From Glycera tridactyla (lineage: Eukaryota), in contig OZ286469.1 of NCBI GenBank assembly GCA_965644265.1, positions 62,930,001 through 62,994,000 of the forward strand: a stretch of 64,000 bases of DNA. Direction: 5' to 3'. Under the pieces are notes generated by a model. That model ran no database searches. It saw nothing but the letters and a program-made list of their open reading frames with translations, and was not told where the DNA came from. Shown in pieces: positions 58,690 to 64,000 of the stretch. The translations under genes and the position numbers were made by a program. Numbering within the stretch: position 1 is the stretch's first letter; each line of letters starts with the position of its first letter.

Positions 58690-61608
58690 TTATGGGGCCC
58701 ATTTCTTGATTTGGGTCTTGAACCCAATCTTTGAGTGGATGTCTCGTATAGTCAAAGGGACCCCATTCCAATTGTGTGCCCCTCGTATGCGGAAGTTTGA
58801 AGAAGCAAATGCAGTATGATTGTGATCAATGTAGAGGTCCCCTCTAGTACCTTGCCTAGTTACCCTCTCACTGATTTCTGTAATTGGGGTAAACATGTAT
58901 GAGAGGGATACATCAGAATCAGAACCAAGGGCTCTCTGAACTTGTACTGCCATGTTGCGTGCGCGAGTCACTTGAAGAAAAGGTATATTGAATTGTGAGT
59001 GTAATTCAGTTGCTGAGCTGAACCCGGTAGTATTTGCCACTGTGCGTAAACAGTTGTTCTGAGCCACTTGTAATCTATTTAATTGTGTAATTCCCGCACC
59101 ATCATATAAGTAGTCACAATATAAGAACAAAGGATGTATCAAAGCAAAGTACAATTGTAAAGCGCGTTTTTCATTAAGGAATTTGCGCAATCGTGCAAGG
59201 GCTCTACGGCGTAAAAAGACTTTGCTCACAATTGAATTTATATGTTGTTCGAAAGAAAGCGAAGAGTCTAGCGTAACACCCAAGTACTTATAGTGGGAGA
59301 CTCGTTCGATGTAGTCATGATTAAGGTTAATTCCCATCGACTGCACGGCACTTACTTGTGGTCGCGTGCCAAAAAACATAATATTCGACTTGTTAATGTT
59401 TAAAGTCAATTTCATGGCTCGAAACCATTCAGACACACGTGCCAAGTCCCTAGATAAGGTGTCACATATGATATATTCAGTAGGGGCACTATAAAATATG
59501 GCCGTGTCGTCTGCATAAAGTAGCACTTTAGAATCAGTTAGTACATTCGGTAGGTCGTTGACATAGCATACAAAGAGCAGGGGTCCTAGAATGGACCCTT
59601 GAGGCACACCGAAGGTAAGACAGTTTTTCTCAGAGATTGAGTCATTGATACGTACTGACTGGCAACGGTTGCTCAAGTATGAGTCAAACCATTTCACCGC
59701 ACTGTTGCGCAAACCCAGCATCGAGAGTTTTTTTAATAAAATACCATGACAAACTGTATCAAATGCCTTTTTCAGATCCAAGAAGAGCACTCCAGTGGGA
59801 CATCCTGTGTCGCAAGCCGAATAAATATTATCGAGGAGTATAGAAAGGCATGTCCCAGTGGAGCAGCCCTTCCTGAATCCGAATTGGCAATTTGACAAAA
59901 TACCATGATTGTCAAGGTACGAGTATAACTGGGTGTGGACCACACGTTCAAGAACTTTACTAAGACATGGCAGAATGGAGATAGGGCGGTAGTTATTCAT
60001 ATCACAGGGTTGGCCACTCTTGAATAACACATTTACCGTCGCTATCTTCCATCTACAGGGAAAAACCGATGTACGTATTGAATTATTGCACAAATGTAGG
60101 ATTATTGATAATACAGAGTCTGGTAACATCTTCAGAACAATAGATGTCAGACCATCAGGCCCAGTTGCAGTGCTATTTCTCATCTTTTTTATAATATCCC
60201 GTATCATCTGAAGTGATATGGCACGAAGCTCAAAGACAGGGGCTCGATGTTGGATATAATGATTTAAATCACAGACACCGTCAAAATTTGCCGCAAGGCC
60301 TGGGCCTACATCAGCAAAATGATTATTGAATAAGTTGGCCTTGTCGAGATCACTATCTTTGCCATTAATGGACGGCATTGGAGGTCTATCAGTGTTACCA
60401 GGCCAGAGGCGCTTGAGTTCTTTCCAAAGCTTTTTGTGATCCCCAGCATACTGGTCGAGTTTGCCGAGAATATGGCCTCTTTTCAGGCTAACTTTCAGAT
60501 TATGGCGTCTTCTAAAGGCGTCACGTTTTAAAATCAAGTTAACATGGTTAGGGTTGCAGTTGAATAGTCTGGATCTATATGCACACAGATCAATGGCACT
60601 CAGGAAATCATGATTAATCCATTCCGCGCCTCGGTCAAAAACTTCTTTGGTGACTAACGGGGCTAATACATTCAAGATTGCTGATAAGGATTTTTCTAGT
60701 TGATCAGCTGCCTCATTGGTGTCATTACAAGAGAGGATCGGGTCCCAATCTAGTACATCACAGTATTGTTTCAGATTTTCAGGTGTCAAGTTACGCCAGG
60801 ATCTGAAAGTAGCAAAGACCCTTTTTTTGGGCAGTTTATTCCGGTGTCTAGTTGTAAATATTAATTTATGATCACTTAAGCCAAGTTCATGGCAGCCAGA
60901 TTGACAATAATATTCTTCGCGGGAGATAAGAATATGGTCTATGAGAGAGCTACATGACTCAGTAACATGCGTAGGTTCATCTATAATTTGTTTTAAGGAT
61001 AGTCTACGAAGAAAAGCTATATATGATTTACATTTCGGAGTGCGTGGCAACAGGAAATTAATGTTGAAATCACCTAATAAGGCTAGGTCGAAAGAACCCG
61101 ATAGGCTATAGTTGTCTAGGGTAGTTACTATAGTAGATAGGCCGTGATCAACATTTCCGTCTGGCGGACGATAAATTCCACACAGGACAGTCGGCCTACA
61201 GTTTTCCAATTTCCAGATGATCGAGATAATTTCAATGTCAGGGTTACATATGTGCATAAAGGAATCAAGTGGGACATTCATGGCAGAATTAAAATAAATC
61301 ACAATTCCACCACCACATGTTTTACCACTGTTAGTCGTTCGGTCACCTCTGACGAAAGAGTATCCCGGCAACGCAATTTCAGAATCAGAGATTGAATCAT
61401 TTAAGAAGGACTCAGTGATTATTAAAAAGTCGAGTTTACTTTTTCTTACAAATAGCCGAATTTCATCAATGTGCCTGATGAGACTTCTTATATTGATGGC
61501 AGCAAGTGTGATTCCAGGAAGATTTGACAAACTGGCATAGGCAAATTCAAAACCTGAACGTATGTCCAGGGAGGGTAAACTATATGTCTCTCTCCTACGA
61601 TTACTCAT
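58690..61608 (-). CDS. CR1/L2-group ORF2, AP endonuclease + reverse transcriptase, intact 972 aa
   Basis: INIRSL, ITES, GGGIVIY, GIYRPP, LGDFNI, LIDHI, GLSDH; YRPISILPCLSKVLE, FLDLKKAFDTV, GVPQGSILGPLLF, LYADDT, KYLGVTLD; no RNase H. Confidence 0.95.
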   Translation of the reverse strand: MSNRRRETYSLPSLDIRSGFEFAYASLSNLPGITLAAINIRSLIRHIDEIRLFVRKSKLDFLIITESFLNDSISDSEIALPGYSFVRGDRTTNSGKTCGGGIVIYFNSAMNVPLDSFMHICNPDIEIISIIWKLENCRPTVLCGIYRPPDGNVDHGLSTIVTTLDNYSLSGSFDLALLGDFNINFLLPRTPKCKSYIAFLRRLSLKQIIDEPTHVTESCSSLIDHILISREEYYCQSGCHELGLSDHKLIFTTRHRNKLPKKRVFATFRSWRNLTPENLKQYCDVLDWDPILSCNDTNEAADQLEKSLSAILNVLAPLVTKEVFDRGAEWINHDFLSAIDLCAYRSRLFNCNPNHVNLILKRDAFRRRHNLKVSLKRGHILGKLDQYAGDHKKLWKELKRLWPGNTDRPPMPSINGKDSDLDKANLFNNHFADVGPGLAANFDGVCDLNHYIQHRAPVFELRAISLQMIRDIIKKMRNSTATGPDGLTSIVLKMLPDSVLSIILHLCNNSIRTSVFPCRWKIATVNVLFKSGQPCDMNNYRPISILPCLSKVLERVVHTQLYSYLDNHGILSNCQFGFRKGCSTGTCLSILLDNIYSACDTGCPTGVLFLDLKKAFDTVCHGILLKKLSMLGLRNSAVKWFDSYLSNRCQSVRINDSISEKNCLTFGVPQGSILGPLLFVCYVNDLPNVLTDSKVLLYADDTAIFYSAPTEYIICDTLSRDLARVSEWFRAMKLTLNINKSNIMFFGTRPQVSAVQSMGINLNHDYIERVSHYKYLGVTLDSSLSFEQHINSIVSKVFLRRRALARLRKFLNEKRALQLYFALIHPLFLYCDYLYDGAGITQLNRLQVAQNNCLRTVANTTGFSSATELHSQFNIPFLQVTRARNMAVQVQRALGSDSDVSLSYMFTPITEISERVTRQGTRGDLYIDHNHTAFASSNFRIRGAHNWNGVPLTIRDIHSKIGFKTQIKKWAP

Positions 61609-62536
61609 ACAGGTGGTGAGTACAAGGGGTGTTAATGGGTTAATGCGGCAGACGAAAAACTAAGATAGGGCTACTGGGTGTGGCTGATGTCACAATTTCT
61701 GGAGCATACATAAAAAAAAATAAGCAAAATTTTAACAATTGGACAGAGAAATTTCGACAGAAAATAAGGCAAATTTAGCAAATTTAGCAAGATGGGATGA
61801 ATCATGAGACTTTTATTCGTCATACGTCTCAGTTCAAATTAGAGTTGGGGTTGTAAAACTAAAACAATCTATGTGCTATCTTAGATGGGGCTTAGAGCAG
61901 CATAAAAGAAAATAAGTCAGAGAAAATAAATCAAGAAAAAAAATTTTTTTTTTTTTAAGGACAGCAGTGAGAGTTCAGATGATCCCGAAGGTTGCGATCT
62001 TCATCAATGAAACGGTCATTATCATAATTGTCAGTGTTGGACAAGTTGAAGGTCCAAACCATTGGCACAATAAGAACTCAAATACAACAGATACATCAAA
62101 TACAATAGGTAACCTAGATATCCAAACACTCAAAAACGGAAAGGAAACCAAGTCTGCTAGTGATGTAGTAATATTTACCAGAGAAAGAAACCAACACTCA
62201 GAAGCAGTTGGACAAGTTGAATGTCCAAGCTAATCAGGCACAAGTAGTATACTGGAACAAATGTGTTGAATTTGAGTTTATGAGTCAATAGTGCAATGAC
62301 TTGGTCCAATCCCCTAATTCCTGAGTGACAATATTTTGCAGTTAGACAAGGTGAGTGTCCAAGCAGTCACACAGATTGGGTGTCCAAGTTATCCAGGCAC
62401 ATTTAATCAATGAGTTGAATGCAATACATGACATAATATCACCAACTAATAGAAAATTATAATGGGTGAACTTCAAGTTTCATGGTGACAGTAATGGAAG
62501 CAATTGAACAAGGTGAGTGTCCAAGCCCAGATAATT

Positions 62537-63112
62537 TCACATGTAGCAAGGTTTCATCAACTTGTAAGAGACAGATTGGGACCTATCTGATTGTAAGATT
62601 TTCCAGGAGGAGATTATTGGGGGGATCATATCTCTCAATTTGACATAATTACCTGATGCATTTAAGTGAAGATAATCTTTGTCGAAGAAACCCGGCATAA
62701 TGAAGTCAGTGGTCGATTCATCACGACTTGGCTTCTTTTGTTTATGGTACAGTGACCTCGTCTTTAGGCAGCGTATGCCAAAATGAAGATTTATCACTTT
62801 ACATAAGCGAAAATCGATCCAGCCTGCTAGAGTTAATGCCCAAGAATTCCACCAAGGTCGTGGTAGTATCGGTACGTACCCGATTTGAGCATTAGGGTGC
62901 ATTTCATTAATTAAATTGAGGACTGAGTCAACTTCAAATGTTAAGATCGAATACCATGACTGCAATTTAGACCTACAAAACTCAGTGCAGGTTTCATTGT
63001 CAGGGGGGAGATCCAAATCACTGATGAAGCTATTGAAGTTATCTACATCATTAGATCCAATTTCCAAGACCACATAGTCAGCTTTAAAGCCGCTCATGTA
63101 ATATTCGTGCAG
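62537..63112 (-). pseudogene. 5'-truncated SGNH esterase ORF1 of the CR1/L2-type insert
   Basis: DYVVLEIGSND (block III), VPILPR, DYLHLNASG (block V); block I missing. The ORF-track start at 63205 lies in host antisense sequence. Confidence 0.82.
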
Positions 63113-64000
63113 TTGGGAAGACAGCTCAATACACACACACGCACTACCCCTGGAGAAAGGGAAAAACACATACACTACACCAGACCTACTAGATAGAGCA
63201 AACACTTACATCACTAAGATTAAGGAACAAGGGGACTATGATAGAATTTTCTACACAGATGGCTCACTGGATCCAACTTCAGGCAGAGCAGCCTCCGCAG
63301 TTTATGAATTGGAATCCGATTATTGTTACTCCTGTAGAATATCAGACAACGCCTCCACACTCCAAACAGAACTGTTAGCCATTCCCCTAGCACTAGAACA
63401 GGCAGGACTAGAACCGGAACTAACGAATAGAATTATCATCTTTACAGATTCACTCTCAGCAGTTAAAGTGTTAGATTGCATGAGAACCGAAAAACAGAAC
63501 ATAGAACTAGTACGAAAAATCAGAGAGATAGCAGACACCTGTAGAAAGGTAGAAATACACTGGATTCCTAGTCACGTAGGAGTCTTAGGCAACGAGAAAG
63601 CCGACGAATTAGCGAAGCTAGGACTGGAACATGAAACAGTCAATAGGAACTTTTCCAGAACATCTAACCAAATAGCATGCCAGATGACGAAATCGGCGAC
63701 GGAAAAAATGTATAAAATAGCCCTTGAAAATAGCAAGAAGGACAGACATCTAGCCTGGTTGAAGAGAATTAGCAACCTCAAACCTTGGAAAGATAGGCCG
63801 ACCATGCTCAAAAGAACAGCTAGCCAAATTAACACGCTCAGATTAGGAATCTCACATTACAACTACAATGGATTTACTAGGACTCCGGCAAAGTGTCGAC
63901 ACTGAATTAGAGGATGACAGCCCGACACACTATCTGGCAGAATGCCCAGCATTAGAGCAACTTAGGTTAGAACTACTAAACATCTGTGATCCACAGGGCA
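63113..64000 (+). mobile_element. I-group LINE copy B, 3' part (RNase H region; runs off the window)
   Basis: WEDSSIHTHALPLEKG...YTDGS...HWIPSHVGVLGNEKAD, collinear with copy A from ~44735; 2-nt deletion gives a stop at 63905. Confidence 0.93.

Larger units (their letters stand above)
57449..63112 (-). mobile_element. 5'-truncated CR1/L2-group LINE inserted antisense into copy B ORF2
   Basis: Host sequence GCCCC|TTG ... TTG|GGAAGAC rejoins in frame; the minus-strand 3' end reads AATAAAACTTTATACAAACAAACAA; contains an esterase ORF1 remnant and an APE-RT ORF2. Whether all of 57449-58689 belongs to one element is uncertain. Confidence 0.85.

Noticed and set aside
62537-63205. 222-aa ORF as a complete gene
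   Set aside because: Its first ~30 codons are antisense host LINE sequence beyond the insertion junction at 63112.

Overview
Animal (probably invertebrate) repeat-rich DNA made almost entirely of transposon-derived parts. No host housekeeping gene, rRNA, tRNA or CRISPR array is recognisable. (1) 1-36911: head-to-tail array of a ~3.02-kb chimeric unit, 12 complete copies (U1-U12) plus a partial one. Each unit holds an SGNH-hydrolase ORF (241 aa, usually intact), a 5' half of a second SGNH paralogue, a LINE ORF1 fragment carrying a Ulp1/C48-like cysteine-protease domain (open in only 2 of 12 copies) and a decayed PIF1-helicase relic. (2) The array stops at an 8-bp microhomology (CACTTGCC) shared with the 5' end of a full-length ~9-kb I-group LINE (36910-45949). 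Its very long ORF1 carries the same Ulp1-like protease plus three zinc knuckles; ORF2 is APE-RT-RNase H. (3) A free-standing, intact minus-strand SGNH paralogue (46390-47391) lies downstream of a cluster of covarying hairpins built on TAACACCT. (4) A second copy of the LINE (49659 to the window end) has near-identical 5'UTR and ORF2 but a deeply diverged ORF1. It is interrupted by a 5'-truncated antisense CR1/L2-group LINE (57449-63112) with an esterase ORF1 remnant and an intact ORF2. Best candidates for undescribed biology: the protease-bearing LINE with swappable ORF1 modules, and the amplified SGNH + protease + PIF1-relic unit. All family assignments come from motif recognition by eye; no database searches were run.
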